Source of the DNA: a virus
Direction: 5' to 3' (one strand)
DNA length: 44,365 nt
UHGV virus genome: UHGV-1373966
The position numbers and the translations under genes are program-made. Positions 18,974 to 28,907 of the stretch are shown here, piece by piece. The notes under the pieces were generated by a model. The model was not told the DNA's origin. It was given only the letters and a program-made list of their open reading frames with translations, and did no database searches. How positions within the stretch are numbered: position 1 is the stretch's first letter; the number at the start of each line of letters is the position of its first letter.

Positions 18974-19075
18974 CTTTCCCTTTCCCCGGTACTCCCGGAA
19001 ATCCTTATTTTTTCACTCTTAGCCTTTGGGTTTTTATCTATTAGTTCTTATCTATTAGTTCTTATCTTTTAAACG

Positions 19076-19303
19076 TTAATTTTCCGTTCCCGTCATGAAG
19101 GGAAGAAGTATCTCTCCCCTTATATTTTCGTGCAATTCATCCAGCGTCCACCCATCAGCATATTCAAAAATCGGTTCGTCATATGGTTCTATAGGAGTTC
19201 CGTGAGCCGTCCAGAACTGATGGGAATCATCAAAACCGGTATCTTTAAAAATCGTACAATGATACAACTCCTCTAATTGCTTTTTTGTGTACCGCTCTTT
19301 CAT
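19076..19303 (-). CDS. hypothetical protein
   Basis: 75 aa ORF. Confidence 0.3.
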   Translation of the reverse strand: MKERYTKKQLEELYHCTIFKDTGFDDSHQFWTAHGTPIEPYDEPIFEYADGWTLDELHENIRGEILLPFMTGTEN

Positions 19304-19332
19304 ATAGCCTCCAAATCCTAATAGTGTCTATC

Positions 19333-19530
19333 TCAGTTTACACGAGTATTCCAAGCTGTGAGTGCTCCGTCCTGAGATGGCCACATCATCCCTGTAGATG
19401 CTGCATAGCACTCCTCATTCGTACATTGTACCGCCCAACCATCAAAGGGCGCATATGCAAGTGGTTGTCGTTCTAAGGTTGCTTCGCTCCCACAAAAGGG
19501 ACATTTTTTTATAATATCTTTTATCTGCAT
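19333..19530 (-). CDS. Lar-family restriction-alleviation protein
   Basis: KKCPFCGSEA...WAVQCTNEEC...ALTAWNTR matches the Lar family pattern. Confidence 0.55.
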   Translation of the reverse strand: MQIKDIIKKCPFCGSEATLERQPLAYAPFDGWAVQCTNEECYAASTGMMWPSQDGALTAWNTRVN

Positions 19531-19556
19531 CAGATACCTTCTTTCTTTGTCAAATG

Positions 19557-19922
19557 CTAATTCTGGTTCCAGGGTTTAAAAGCTCTAATCTTCTCGATTA
19601 GTCCTAATGCATCCCCGTTAAAGCATATAGCTCTATCGTCTATATAGCAGACTGCGGGCGGCTTGTGTGCAACTACATCATCAACCACAATATGGTTATC
19701 TCTCAGATAGCGCCTAACCGCTCCCATGCCCTCCGGCCTTGCACATCTGGTAGATACCACAATTACCGCGTACCCTTCCATGCGTAAGTAATTGATTGCT
19801 GCCTGTATCTCCGGCACAACCGGGTCCGATATAACCGATATACCCTGCCATCCGCTTGTGTAACTATGTATAACTCCATCAAAATCAAATACCACTGTTT
19901 TTTTCTTATTCATTCTCTTCAC
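19557..19922 (-). CDS. HAD-superfamily phosphatase-like protein
   Basis: VVFDFDGVI motif I; 121 aa. Confidence 0.45.
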   Translation of the reverse strand: MKRMNKKKTVVFDFDGVIHSYTSGWQGISVISDPVVPEIQAAINYLRMEGYAVIVVSTRCARPEGMGAVRRYLRDNHIVVDDVVAHKPPAVCYIDDRAICFNGDALGLIEKIRAFKPWNQN

Positions 19923-20119
19923 CTATATCCTAATACTCATAATCTCCACACACACCATCTGTTGGCATATACTCATCCTTTTTCTTGCAATGAATCTTTT
20001 CTCCCTCATTTACGTCCTCAACAAGATAACCATATCTGCAAGTAGCGCAGCATATATCATTGTCCCATTCTTCTTCCATTCTCTTTACCTCATATTTTAA
20101 ATAACGATATTACTGATTA

Positions 20120-20746
20120 TCAGTTATCAAACTTGATTCCGTACACCTTATATCTGTCCTCAAACGCTGTCATACCAATGCTATGCGCTTCTGTATGGTG
20201 CTGCCGGCATAAGCATATTTTCCGGTACTCCGAATCATCAACCTTCCTCCGGTCATTGCCCATGCCAATTGTGTCTACATGGTGTATTTCACCCTCTCGA
20301 CCGCATATAGCACATTTCCGAAGTTTTAAGCATGCATACAGATAATGTCCTATATCATCGGTACGGTTAAGGGCGAAATCCAACAATGGTATTCCCTGTT
20401 CCAGCGCATAATCCAGCATGGTATTGATAAATTCCCTGGCAGTATCCATAGAGCAATCAGACAGAGAAAAGTATCCGCATCCGGTCCGGTTGATGTGTAA
20501 ATACTTAAGCCATTCTTTCTCAACCTCCGGCACGTTCCCGGAATAGGCGGAAATGTCATTAACTGTGGCATAAATCTTTTTGCGCTGGTCTGCACTTATA
20601 TGTCTACCATCGTCAAGCCATACACTGCATCTATTCATGTGCTTATCAACGATTGGTTCCATAAGATTTTTTCCAGGAATAAATATCTTTAGATACGTTC
20701 CCTCTGGAACAAGCTTGTATGCTATTATGTCTGCTGCCTCATGCAT
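20120..20746 (-). CDS. DUF968-like HNH-motif nuclease family protein
   Basis: AGAGGTGA RBS + ATG (MHEAAD...); C-terminal CAICGREGEIHHVDTIGMGNDRRKVDDSEYRKICLCRQHHTEAH. Confidence 0.45.
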   Translation of the reverse strand: MHEAADIIAYKLVPEGTYLKIFIPGKNLMEPIVDKHMNRCSVWLDDGRHISADQRKKIYATVNDISAYSGNVPEVEKEWLKYLHINRTGCGYFSLSDCSMDTAREFINTMLDYALEQGIPLLDFALNRTDDIGHYLYACLKLRKCAICGREGEIHHVDTIGMGNDRRKVDDSEYRKICLCRQHHTEAHSIGMTAFEDRYKVYGIKFDN

Positions 20747-20750
20747 ATAA

Positions 20751-21425
20751 TCACCTCTTTGGGTCATTCCATGGTAGTTCACTATCCTGCATATCATTCG
20801 GTGGCTGCATTACTAACTCCTTATCTGGATGTTCTTTCAGCTTTTTAATTGTTTCATTTGCCTGGGAATTAGTCATATCATGGATATCAGTCAGTCCATA
20901 CTTTGATAGCACATTCTTAATCCCTATTCCTGTCCGTTTCAGCTCCAGGAATATTTCATTGATATCAGATTCAGTAATCAAATCTGGACTATTCTGCTTG
21001 TTATATTTAGTTCTATCTGAATCCCAATAAACATCAGCACCAATTCCAAGCTGCTTACACGCTACCGATATAGCATCTGTGGTTGCCATTTTATAGCATT
21101 CGTCCGAAACGTATATGCCGGATTTCTCTTTTGATGCAAACATGCTGCCGCCGTTTCCGGGAATTGGTTTAGACCACTCCCCGTCAACCTTTATGTATAA
21201 TTCGATATCCACAAAAGCTGCTATCTCATTGCCCGATGTTTCTAACCACTTTCGTGTAGGTATGTAGTACCATCCTATCCCACATGGGCCAAACTGCTCA
21301 GTAAGGACTTTTATGCGCCACATGGGGTTAATATCAGTCATACCGCTGGTACGGCCTCCCTTAATGGTTTTCTTGGCGCTATCCGGGACGGAACGGACCT
21401 TTTCGTATAAGTCAAGATTCCCCAT
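20751..21425 (-). CDS. single-strand annealing protein, Rad52/Sak-like
   Basis: FGPCGIGWYYIP...KVDGEWSKPIPGNGGS; replication-module context. Confidence 0.4.
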   Translation of the reverse strand: MGNLDLYEKVRSVPDSAKKTIKGGRTSGMTDINPMWRIKVLTEQFGPCGIGWYYIPTRKWLETSGNEIAAFVDIELYIKVDGEWSKPIPGNGGSMFASKEKSGIYVSDECYKMATTDAISVACKQLGIGADVYWDSDRTKYNKQNSPDLITESDINEIFLELKRTGIGIKNVLSKYGLTDIHDMTNSQANETIKKLKEHPDKELVMQPPNDMQDSELPWNDPKR

Positions 21426-22167
21426 CTTTTTCCTCCTTCATGAGCGTTCCAACTATATAGATGACAGCCATTTCAATCTCCTTTCTGGCAACACTCCCTA
21501 TGCTTAAGTGGCTTTGTCTATCTCGGAGATAAGATACCATTGCAGTACCATCAATCATCTTGTGTTCCAGATTCATGTTTTATAACCTCCTTGTAATGCT
21601 CTTTATTCCGCTTTGTGGCTTTCTTATTGCATTTATCGCATACTTTCCATCTATCCGGGTCAAGGAAATATCCGCAGGAATCGCATTTTGAATTATTCAT
21701 CATGCGTTTTATCCATAGGGGCTTTAACCTTTACGCCTCTCAAAATACCGACCAGTACATTACGCTGTGCATATTCATCGGTATTCAAAAAAATCAGAGC
21801 TGCATTTACCCGACCTTCAAGTTCAATAAGCTTTCTATATTCATCAACAGGAATTTCAACCATTCTTTCTTCCATCTTGAAAACCTCCATAATCTCTGAT
21901 ATAATCAGATTGAGTTGTTTTTTGTATTCGGTCGTTTAGCCCTGCTAGGCTGACGACCTTTTTTATTGGCTTACCATATCCGGTGTACCGGCTGGCATTC
22001 ACCATTGCCCCGGCCCGGTTGGTTCCATTCCGGCGGCGGCTCATAATATCACCGCCAGACATATCACCAACAATCCGCTTAAGACCATCACCACAGCGGT
22101 TAAGCCACGAATAATCATACGGTCTTTCTGCCGTGGGCTTAAGTGTGTTTTGCCAACAGGTATGTAT

Positions 22168-22395
22168 TCAAGCTGTTTCAACAAATTTCATCTCCTTCCC
22201 GGTCAATTGCAGAAGTATCTGTAATTTTTCTATTGTCAGTTTTTCAGGGTTGGCTTTACGCTCTCTAAACGAGCTTGTACAAAACCCCAAATATAAGGCC
22301 AGCTCATTATCATCAAAGTTGTTTCTTATCTTGGCTTCTTCTATCAGTATACGAATATTGTCCTTCTGCCATTCTGACGGCTTCTTAGCTTTCAC
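22168..22395 (-). CDS. small hypothetical (possible HTH) protein
   Basis: 75 aa ORF. Confidence 0.25.
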   Translation of the reverse strand: MKAKKPSEWQKDNIRILIEEAKIRNNFDDNELALYLGFCTSSFRERKANPEKLTIEKLQILLQLTGKEMKFVETA

Positions 22396-22532
22396 TCCTA
22401 CTTCCTCCTTAACTTTTTAATTAACGTTTCTTTTTGATAGAGCCAGTTAGCAGTCCCATACCATACATAAACATCCCATAAATAAGAACCCAATGTTCAC
22501 TTAAAAATTCCATATTCTCCTCCCCGGAAATC

Positions 22533-22793
22533 TCAGTTTTTGAGACTATCTGCTATTTCAGTTGCAATACGGTCACTGACAGTTTTTATCACATTATCCT
22601 TGTCTATAGTATTGATAAAGCTCTCAATGGCTACATCAGTCACCTTTTCTCTTACCACTTTATCTACAGCATCCCTCATATAACTATTCCAGTCCCATTC
22701 CCGCATCAAAGTGTTAATTCTGTCACCCATGCGCTTTCTAATCTGGTTAACTGCCCACTCTTTTAACTCCGCCTCATTAATTTCTATTTGCAT
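22533..22793 (-). CDS. hypothetical protein
   Basis: 86 aa ORF. Confidence 0.3.
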   Translation of the reverse strand: MQIEINEAELKEWAVNQIRKRMGDRINTLMREWDWNSYMRDAVDKVVREKVTDVAIESFINTIDKDNVIKTVSDRIATEIADSLKN

Positions 22794-22826
22794 CTTACAC
22801 CTCCAAATACCGATTTGGGTTACTTT

Positions 22827-23399
22827 TCAATCACGTGTATTCATTGGCAATACGATTTTCAGATTATCCGGTTCCCCTTTCCATCCAGACCTTATGACAA
22901 CCGGATGACAAGGTGGGTACACATCAATCTCAGCTATTTTCCTTGTACCATTGCAAGGACTTATGGATTCCAATGCATCCTTGAGATATTTAGCATTGAT
23001 GGCAATGGTCTCCAACTTTTTCTCGCTATCCAAGTTTTTCAATACCTTATCAACATCGTAAAATTTTCCTTCTGGTTGTACATATCCAATTATGGATTCT
23101 CCTACTTGGACATAAAGGCGGTTCTTCCTTATCTCCAATTCTGCGTAGTCATCATGTCTTGTAACTTTGGGTATCCCTGGCCTTATGTAACAGTTAAATG
23201 ATTTCTCTGCCTCTGCCAATTTGGCATATTCAATGGATACTCGGTGTCCATCAAGCGCAGTGGCTTTAATAATCATTTCCCTCGCATTAATCTCCAGATA
23301 TATCCATGACATCAGCTCATTACTTGCATCTTTATTGACAAATCTCTTTGTATTGTCAATAATGCGCTTAAATTCATTGGCATCTAATTTTGCTCTCAT
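22827..23399 (-). CDS. hypothetical protein with beta-sliding-clamp-like N-terminal pattern
   Basis: 190 aa; ...IYLEINAREMIIKATALDGHRVSIEY resembles the DnaN motif (l.ATDGHRL). Confidence 0.3.
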   Translation of the reverse strand: MRAKLDANEFKRIIDNTKRFVNKDASNELMSWIYLEINAREMIIKATALDGHRVSIEYAKLAEAEKSFNCYIRPGIPKVTRHDDYAELEIRKNRLYVQVGESIIGYVQPEGKFYDVDKVLKNLDSEKKLETIAINAKYLKDALESISPCNGTRKIAEIDVYPPCHPVVIRSGWKGEPDNLKIVLPMNTRD

Positions 23400-23591
23400 T
23401 GCTTTTCCTCCTCCTCCGCTAAATACGTGTTTGCCTTACTAGGCCGTCTACAGTAAATTGGACACGCCTCCGTCCCATCATAAGCTGGTCTTAAAAATGC
23501 TTTTGTCATAGGGGATGGATTGCGCTCCATATCCTTGATAGCCGCCATTCTCTGACGCTCTGAATTTTCCAAATATTGGCTCTTTATTTTG

Positions 23592-23852
23592 TTATCCGGC
23601 ATTTTGCTTTCCCCTTTCTGTGATGTTATCTTGCGTATCCGTATAATGCATCCCTGGAATTGTTATAGTTCTAGGGCATTCTTCTGTGTAATTAATCAAA
23701 CCAATATCCCTCATATCACGTAAATATCCCCAAATCGTAGAGCTTGACGTATATCCAACCCCCTCTCCTATTTCTCTGGTTGTGGGTGGATAATCATGCT
23801 CCAGCATATATCGCTTTGCAAACATCAGTATTTTTTTATGTATTTCCTTCAT
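23592..23852 (-). CDS. winged-helix protein, LexA-N-terminal-like DNA-binding domain
   Basis: YPPTTREIGEGVGYTSSSTIWGYLRDMRDIGLI. Confidence 0.4.
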   Translation of the reverse strand: MKEIHKKILMFAKRYMLEHDYPPTTREIGEGVGYTSSSTIWGYLRDMRDIGLINYTEECPRTITIPGMHYTDTQDNITERGKQNAG

Positions 23853-24513
23853 CCTGTTTCTCCCCTACCCAGTCCTGTACCTGTTTTAGCATCAATGCAT
23901 CATAATCGGTGTCTCGTTGGTCAAAATTGTGAAACTGGTTTTTACTGCCTTTGGCGGTCAATTCCTGCCGCTGGCTTCTAGCCCATGTTCTTACCGAGGC
24001 TTTCCAGTCCTTCATTTTGTTTTTCCCAACCATCCATCCCTTAGATGCATAAAAATCAACGAAACTCTCTGGGTCAATACCATATCCATTCAAATTGCAA
24101 TAATCAAACACATCCGACACCGAAGGTGGAGTAAATGTTTTTTTATTATTATCATTTACATTATCCTTTTCCTTTACATTATCCTTTTCCTTTACATTAT
24201 CCTTTTCCTTAGGTTTTGCTTTGGTTATGGTTTGGTTATCACTTGGTTTATTATAATTGGATTCTAGGTTATTGTTTGGTTCTGTTTTGGTTACTGGCCT
24301 ACCACCCTTGGTTCCGTTTTGGTATCTACGATTATTCGCATCAATTTGTGGTTTTGCCATTAAAAACATTGCTGATGCAACACCTGCTGATTTAGGCTCT
24401 ATTTCATCAAGTCCATATTCTAAGATTGCTGTAAGAGATTCCAATCTTTCTTTTTCCGGCAGTTGCTTAATGGCTTCCCAGAAGCTACGATAAAATACAA
24501 CACTATCTCTCAT
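23836..24513 (-). CDS. phage replisome organiser / DnaD-like replication initiation protein
   Basis: N-terminus VVFYRSFWEAIKQLPEKERLESLTAILEYGLD typical of replisome-organiser N-domains; internal low-complexity linker encoded by DNA repeats. Confidence 0.55.
   Translation of the reverse strand: MRDSVVFYRSFWEAIKQLPEKERLESLTAILEYGLDEIEPKSAGVASAMFLMAKPQIDANNRRYQNGTKGGRPVTKTEPNNNLESNYNKPSDNQTITKAKPKEKDNVKEKDNVKEKDNVNDNNKKTFTPPSVSDVFDYCNLNGYGIDPESFVDFYASKGWMVGKNKMKDWKASVRTWARSQRQELTAKGSKNQFHNFDQRDTDYDALMLKQVQDWVGEKQDEGNT
24157..24325. repeat. candidate origin iterons inside the replisome-organiser gene: 3 x 18-bp tandem (TTACATTATCCTTTTCCT) followed by about 8 TTTGGTT(A/C) motifs
   Basis: perfect tandem copies at 24157..24210 (encode KEKDNV x3), then TTGGTT-rich tract to about 24325. 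Confidence 0.5.
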
Positions 24514-24884
24514 AACCCAGCTCCAAACATACTAATCTGACCGGGAATATCTTTGTCTTTTTTCTTGTTCCGGCTTATAAACAGCTGTGCTCCACGTTCT
24601 GCTGCCTTTATGCTCTTAGTCCTATTATTCTGGCTGACAAGCCATTTCTCTGTTTCTTGCCGTCCCTGTGCATCGTCACGGGGTATATAGTAACCTTTCC
24701 CTGTTGGCAATGTAAGAATCACTTTATTATGCCTTAATATCTCAATGGCGGTTCGTATATCTCTATCCGATTCCCCTATCTTGGATACCAGTTCATCTCT
24801 GTTCAATGCATTCTCCTTCCCTACAAGGAGCGCATTATATACTCTTGCTTGAACTTCTTCACTAACAGTTCGCTTATTCTTCAA
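24510..24884 (-). CDS. winged-helix DNA-binding protein (replication/regulatory)
   Basis: 124 aa; LNRDELVSKIGESDRDIRTAIEIL HTH-like. Confidence 0.3.
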   Translation of the reverse strand: MKNKRTVSEEVQARVYNALLVGKENALNRDELVSKIGESDRDIRTAIEILRHNKVILTLPTGKGYYIPRDDAQGRQETEKWLVSQNNRTKSIKAAERGAQLFISRNKKKDKDIPGQISMFGAGL

Positions 24885-25288
24885 ATAATCCCTCCTTTCG
24901 GGCCGGGTAAAGGAGGTTTGATGGGTCCCGGCCCAGGGTCAGAAAGTATGTCGTGACATATTAGCAATCTGACCAGTAATCATTACCGTTGTATGTATCA
25001 TCCCGCAAGGGGAATAGATACCAAAATGTCAGTTTCACTTTACTCCTCCACCCATTCCAACGCTTCTCCACAGTCCTGACAATAGCACTGCTCCATCTCT
25101 ACCTCGCCACCGCATTTAGGACATTCATAGATTACATGCTCCATATCGATTTTTATTTTCGCCATGTGCTTTATCCTTTCAAAATCTTAAATATTGCTAT
25201 TGTATAATTCCCAAAAAATTGCTATAATCAAATTAAATAACAGGGAACGCAGGGCCGCAAGGCTCTTTTTTATTCCCAAAAGTTTTAA

Positions 25289-25471
25289 TTATGTGTAATC
25301 AGCTACCGCTTTAACTTCTTCAGGCAGTAAATCCACAAATGTGCCATCAGCTAGTTTTATAATAAGTGTAGTATATTGACCCACACCGTCTCTCAATTCT
25401 TCATACATCGTTCCCAGTCCAATAAATTCTCCATATTGCTTATATTTTTCCACGTATACCCTGTTTCTCAT
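25289..25471 (-). CDS. small hypothetical protein
   Basis: 60 aa ORF. Confidence 0.25.
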   Translation of the reverse strand: MRNRVYVEKYKQYGEFIGLGTMYEELRDGVGQYTTLIIKLADGTFVDLLPEEVKAVADYT

Positions 25472-25701
25472 AAAAGTTCCTACTCCAAATGTTAAATTAC
25501 TCCATCAACGCCGCTATCGCCAAGAAATAGCTTACACACTCACGGCACATGTAGTAACTGTCACCGTGCCGATGAATAAGATACATCTCTGGTCTTCGGT
25601 ATCCACATATAGAGCATTTTTCGGATTTCTTTGTGGTTTTCCTGATGGACATCTCATAATCGTTTATCTTTTCTTTCATGCTCCGGTTCCTCCCGGAAAT
25701 G

Positions 25702-25926
25702 TTAATTCTGCATAATTGGAAGAAACTGAAATGTCCATGCTTCATCCATAATGGATACAAGGTTTCCATCCTCATTAATAGCCAGAACTTCAATGATTTT
25801 TGGCTTTTCCGTTGTATTTCTGTCATTCCACTTCATTCCATCTGGCATCCTCACTTCCATTAGTGCTACAGCATTTAACGCCCTATCACCGTGTATTACC
25901 TTAAATCTGCTTAAATCAATTCCCAT
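25702..25926 (-). CDS. small hypothetical protein
   Basis: 74 aa ORF. Confidence 0.25.
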   Translation of the reverse strand: MGIDLSRFKVIHGDRALNAVALMEVRMPDGMKWNDRNTTEKPKIIEVLAINEDGNLVSIMDEAWTFQFLPIMQN

Positions 25927-26285
25927 ACACTGTTCCTTTCTCCGAATCTCTCAGAAATCCTAATTTTGCGTACTAATCTCTGCTAAACATAATCACTTCA
26001 GCCGCATCATATTCAGGTAAATCATTGTAGTGACAAGATGTTGTTTCCAGCGGCTCATTTGTTAATGTACAATAGCTTCCTAACGGTGTGTCGCATACAT
26101 ATTCGCATTTTTCGCATTGCATCATAACTACCTACTTCCTCCTTTTTAAATATTGATAAACCGCAACTGCTATAACAGCTAACATCTCTCCTAAAATAGT
26201 GCAAATGACTCCTGCTACAAACGGATTAATGTACATTGTTTATCTCCTTCTCTTTCTCTTAATCCCACGGCTCTTGCCGTTCTTC

Positions 26286-26552
26286 TTAATCCTGGCTTTC
26301 TGTCCCATTCTCTAAATCTCCTTGTGTTCCTGTGTTGATGTTGTTCAGTCCGGTGCCATCCTGAGAAACATAGTCATATGTACCCGCGGTATAAAGCCAT
26401 GCGGCATTGGTTCCTATCAGCGCTGCCAGCGTTACCAGAAACGCTATAAACCAATGTTTTGCATTCCTCTTGCTCTGCTCTATTACCTCCACCGCAAAAT
26501 ACTGCTCCAGCCCTTCCCATGTTGGCTTGTCCTTCTGGTTTTCAATGTTCAT
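26286..26552 (-). CDS. small single-TM membrane protein
   Basis: 88 aa; HWFIAFLVTLAALIGTNAAWLY TM. Confidence 0.35.
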   Translation of the reverse strand: MNIENQKDKPTWEGLEQYFAVEVIEQSKRNAKHWFIAFLVTLAALIGTNAAWLYTAGTYDYVSQDGTGLNNINTGTQGDLENGTESQD

Positions 26553-26672
26553 AAATATTTTCCTCCTGTGCTTGCGTAATACAGGAGAAAATGGTAAAAT
26601 ATTCCTGTATCCGCATTAGTCTGGTTAATGTGGTTACGGCTCCGGTTGGTGTTCGTAGCACCGCCGGGGCAT

Positions 26673-27350
26673 TTAATTTATTGATTCAACATGATATCTG
26701 CCAAATCCCTCTGCTCTGCGTGTTCCTATTCCAATAAACTCACCAGCATTGTTTATAATTTCAAGTACTGTATCTGTTGCGAATATATAATCAATGTGGG
26801 ATATTTCAATTTCACATTTCCATCCAGAAAAAACATTGTATTGAGCAATAACATTGGTTTTTGTGATTCCTGTGTTTGGAGTCAAATGCTGACTGAATGT
26901 AGCCGATGTAATATCCACTGGATTCTTCCAATTGGAAATATTGACAGAACGTTTAAAGTCTGTACCATTCCTACTTGTGGCTTCTTTATAGCCTAAAGAA
27001 ATAAACGCTTCCATAAAAGAATCCTTAAATGCTTTTGATAAAATACACGGACGGTTTGAATAAATTAATTCTTCCCACATTTCTTTTGTGTACATGGAAT
27101 AATCATCATACACCGGAATTTTATTTTCCCATGTAATAGAAGTGATTAATTTCTCAAAAAGGTTATAAGGTTGCTGCAACTCCTTAGGAATTTTTGTTCC
27201 CTTCGGATGTGATTGCTTAAATATTTCCAATTCTTCATATGACCTTGCTTTCTTGTTCAAAATCAAATCAGAATCTCCTACTAAAGCTATCTTAACTTTG
27301 CACTTTTTAATAGGGTCTAAGGTTATAATACTTTCTTTCTCTTTGTTCAT
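26673..27350 (-). CDS. RAMP/Cas6-like protein (orphan) carrying a C-terminal Gly-rich loop
   Basis: AGGAGGAG RBS + ATG at 27350; C-terminal GIGTRRAEGFG fits the GhGxxxxxGhG RAMP loop; about 225 aa; locally AT-rich. Confidence 0.3.
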   Translation of the reverse strand: MNKEKESIITLDPIKKCKVKIALVGDSDLILNKKARSYEELEIFKQSHPKGTKIPKELQQPYNLFEKLITSITWENKIPVYDDYSMYTKEMWEELIYSNRPCILSKAFKDSFMEAFISLGYKEATSRNGTDFKRSVNISNWKNPVDITSATFSQHLTPNTGITKTNVIAQYNVFSGWKCEIEISHIDYIFATDTVLEIINNAGEFIGIGTRRAEGFGRYHVESIN

Positions 27351-27372
27351 GTCTCCTCCTATATCTGACCGC

Positions 27373-27402
27373 ATAGATATTGGAATCAAATCCAATATCT
27401 AT
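27373..27402. promoter_or_regulatory. perfect 12-6-12 palindrome (ATAGATATTGGA-ATCAAA-TCCAATATCTAT) in the 5' leader of the Cas6-like gene
   Basis: read directly; 23 nt upstream of the start codon. Confidence 0.4.
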
Positions 27403-27501
27403 TATTCTGTGTTGTAATTTACTCTGCTGTATTGAACTGCACTGTTCTGCTTTTTTATTGGTTAATTCCAATATGTATACGGTCAGAAAAAGTATTGTTT
27501 G

Positions 27502-27628
27502 TTGGCCTGCTCAGTTAGCAATATTTTTTTGCTTAATTTTTTTTACTGTAGTGTCCTGTTGTTTCCTATATTGTGATATGCTGTTTTTTAATGTGGCGCA
27601 ATAAAATATTGCCAATTCAGCAGGCCAA
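27502..27628. repeat. 24-bp imperfect inverted repeat pair (TTGGCCTGCTCAGTTAGCAATATT / AATATTGCCAATTCAGCAGGCCAA) separated by 79 nt
   Basis: 21/24 complementary; sits in the 285-nt AT-rich intergenic region. Confidence 0.4.
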
Positions 27629-27637
27629 TTATTACTA

Positions 27638-28063
27638 TTAGCTAATTAAGGAAAGAATTTCTTCTAACTCAGTCAAATAGCTATATTTCTTTTTGAATGC
27701 CCTTAATTCTTCCTGTGCTTTATTTAACAAATTCTTATATTCATCTTCTTTCCTCATTACCAGTTGTACGGGCTTATATTCTCCTGTCCTATCTCCGGTA
27801 TTGTAAAATAACCTTATGGGTGTTTTTTCTTCGGTTTCTTCTTTAATGATTACAAGATTACGTATTACTTGTTGTGCCTGATGTTCTCTGTATTTTTCCC
27901 CTGCTATAGAATCATTCCATTCAAAACATTTATGTAATTCTGTTTTTGGATTCCTGGCATGTTCTACTACATTGGATGGTGTACACTTAATTGCTGATAA
28001 TTCATCCGAAACTTTTTCGGCATCTGCTTTAAAAATTCCATTAATATTCCATGCAGCTTTCAT
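27638..28063 (-). CDS. hypothetical early protein
   Basis: 141 aa ORF directly downstream of the cro-like gene. Confidence 0.35.
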   Translation of the reverse strand: MKAAWNINGIFKADAEKVSDELSAIKCTPSNVVEHARNPKTELHKCFEWNDSIAGEKYREHQAQQVIRNLVIIKEETEEKTPIRLFYNTGDRTGEYKPVQLVMRKEDEYKNLLNKAQEELRAFKKKYSYLTELEEILSLIS

Positions 28064-28079
28064 GACCTCACCTCCTACT

Positions 28080-28262
28080 CTAAGAAATAAGCTTGTCCAC
28101 TTTGACTTTTAAAACATCCGCAACCGCTTTAAGGCTTTTTACAGTTGGGCTTGAATCATTCCATTTGCTAATAGCTCCATTCTTTAATCCAGCTTCGATT
28201 TCAATTGACCTAACACTCAAACCTCTTTCTTCGCATATTTCTTTAATTTTGTCATAAATCAA
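28080..28262 (-). CDS. Cro-like XRE-family HTH regulator
   Basis: 60 aa; LSVRSIEIEAGLKNGAISKWN HTH_3 signature; divergent from the repressor. Confidence 0.55.
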   Translation of the reverse strand: MIYDKIKEICEERGLSVRSIEIEAGLKNGAISKWNDSSPTVKSLKAVADVLKVKVDKLIS

Positions 28263-28472
28263 TTTATCACCCTCTCTTCTTTTAGAAAATGTTCAGCAAA
28301 GCTCTTGACAAAACATAGAAAGTATTCTAATATAAAGTTACCACACAATTTATTAGAAAAATATCTGTACCCGTTAAGTTTTACCGAAAGTTTTCTGTAT
28401 CTATATCTCTATTATACAGAACTCTTTCTAATTGTCAAGCTTTTTTTGCAGAATTTTTTCTGTGGATTAGAA
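28263..28472. promoter_or_regulatory. lysogeny switch region with divergent promoters/operators
   Basis: TTGACA -17- TAATAT at about 28307..28340; palindrome TCTGTAT..ATACAGA at about 28390..28417. Confidence 0.35.
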
Positions 28473-28904
28473 AGGAGTTATATGACCGTATATGAGCGGA
28501 TTGAAAGCTTAAGAAAATCCACTGGGCTTTCGCAAGGAAAACTAGAAAAGGAGCTGGGTTTTTCTAATGGTTCTGTTTCTAAATGGAAAAACAGCACTCC
28601 TACACCGGAGAGATTGCAAAAACTTGCTGATTTCTTTGGAGTAACTGTTGATTACTTAATGAATGGGAAGGAGGAAACCCCAGAAGAAAAGAAGCCCACT
28701 CTTTCTAATAACGAAGAGCTTAATGTAATTAATGATGTTGACGAAATTATGAAGCGCATAAGGAACAACGAGACGGTTGTCCTAAGATTTAACGGCGAGG
28801 ATTACTCGGGGGATGAGGATGAGGATAAATTATTAAGAGACTCACTGTTATCTCTTTGTAGGGCGGCTAAGATTAAGAAAAAGCAGGAAGGCTTTGGAGA
28901 GTAG
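28473..28904 (+). CDS. CI-like XRE-family repressor
   Basis: AAAGGAG RBS + ATG; LSQGKLEKELGFSNGSVSKWKN HTH; acidic C-terminal domain. Confidence 0.6.
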   Translation, partial: RSYMTVYERIESLRKSTGLSQGKLEKELGFSNGSVSKWKNSTPTPERLQKLADFFGVTVDYLMNGKEETPEEKKPTLSNNEELNVINDVDEIMKRIRNNETVVLRFNGEDYSGDEDEDKLLRDSLLSLCRAAKIKKKQEGFGE

Positions 28905-28907
28905 CGA

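Noticed and set aside
24150-24330. Checked whether the tandem repeats could be a CRISPR array
   Set aside because: The units are contiguous with no spacers, they are in frame within a coding sequence, and no other CRISPR-like direct repeats were seen anywhere in the window.
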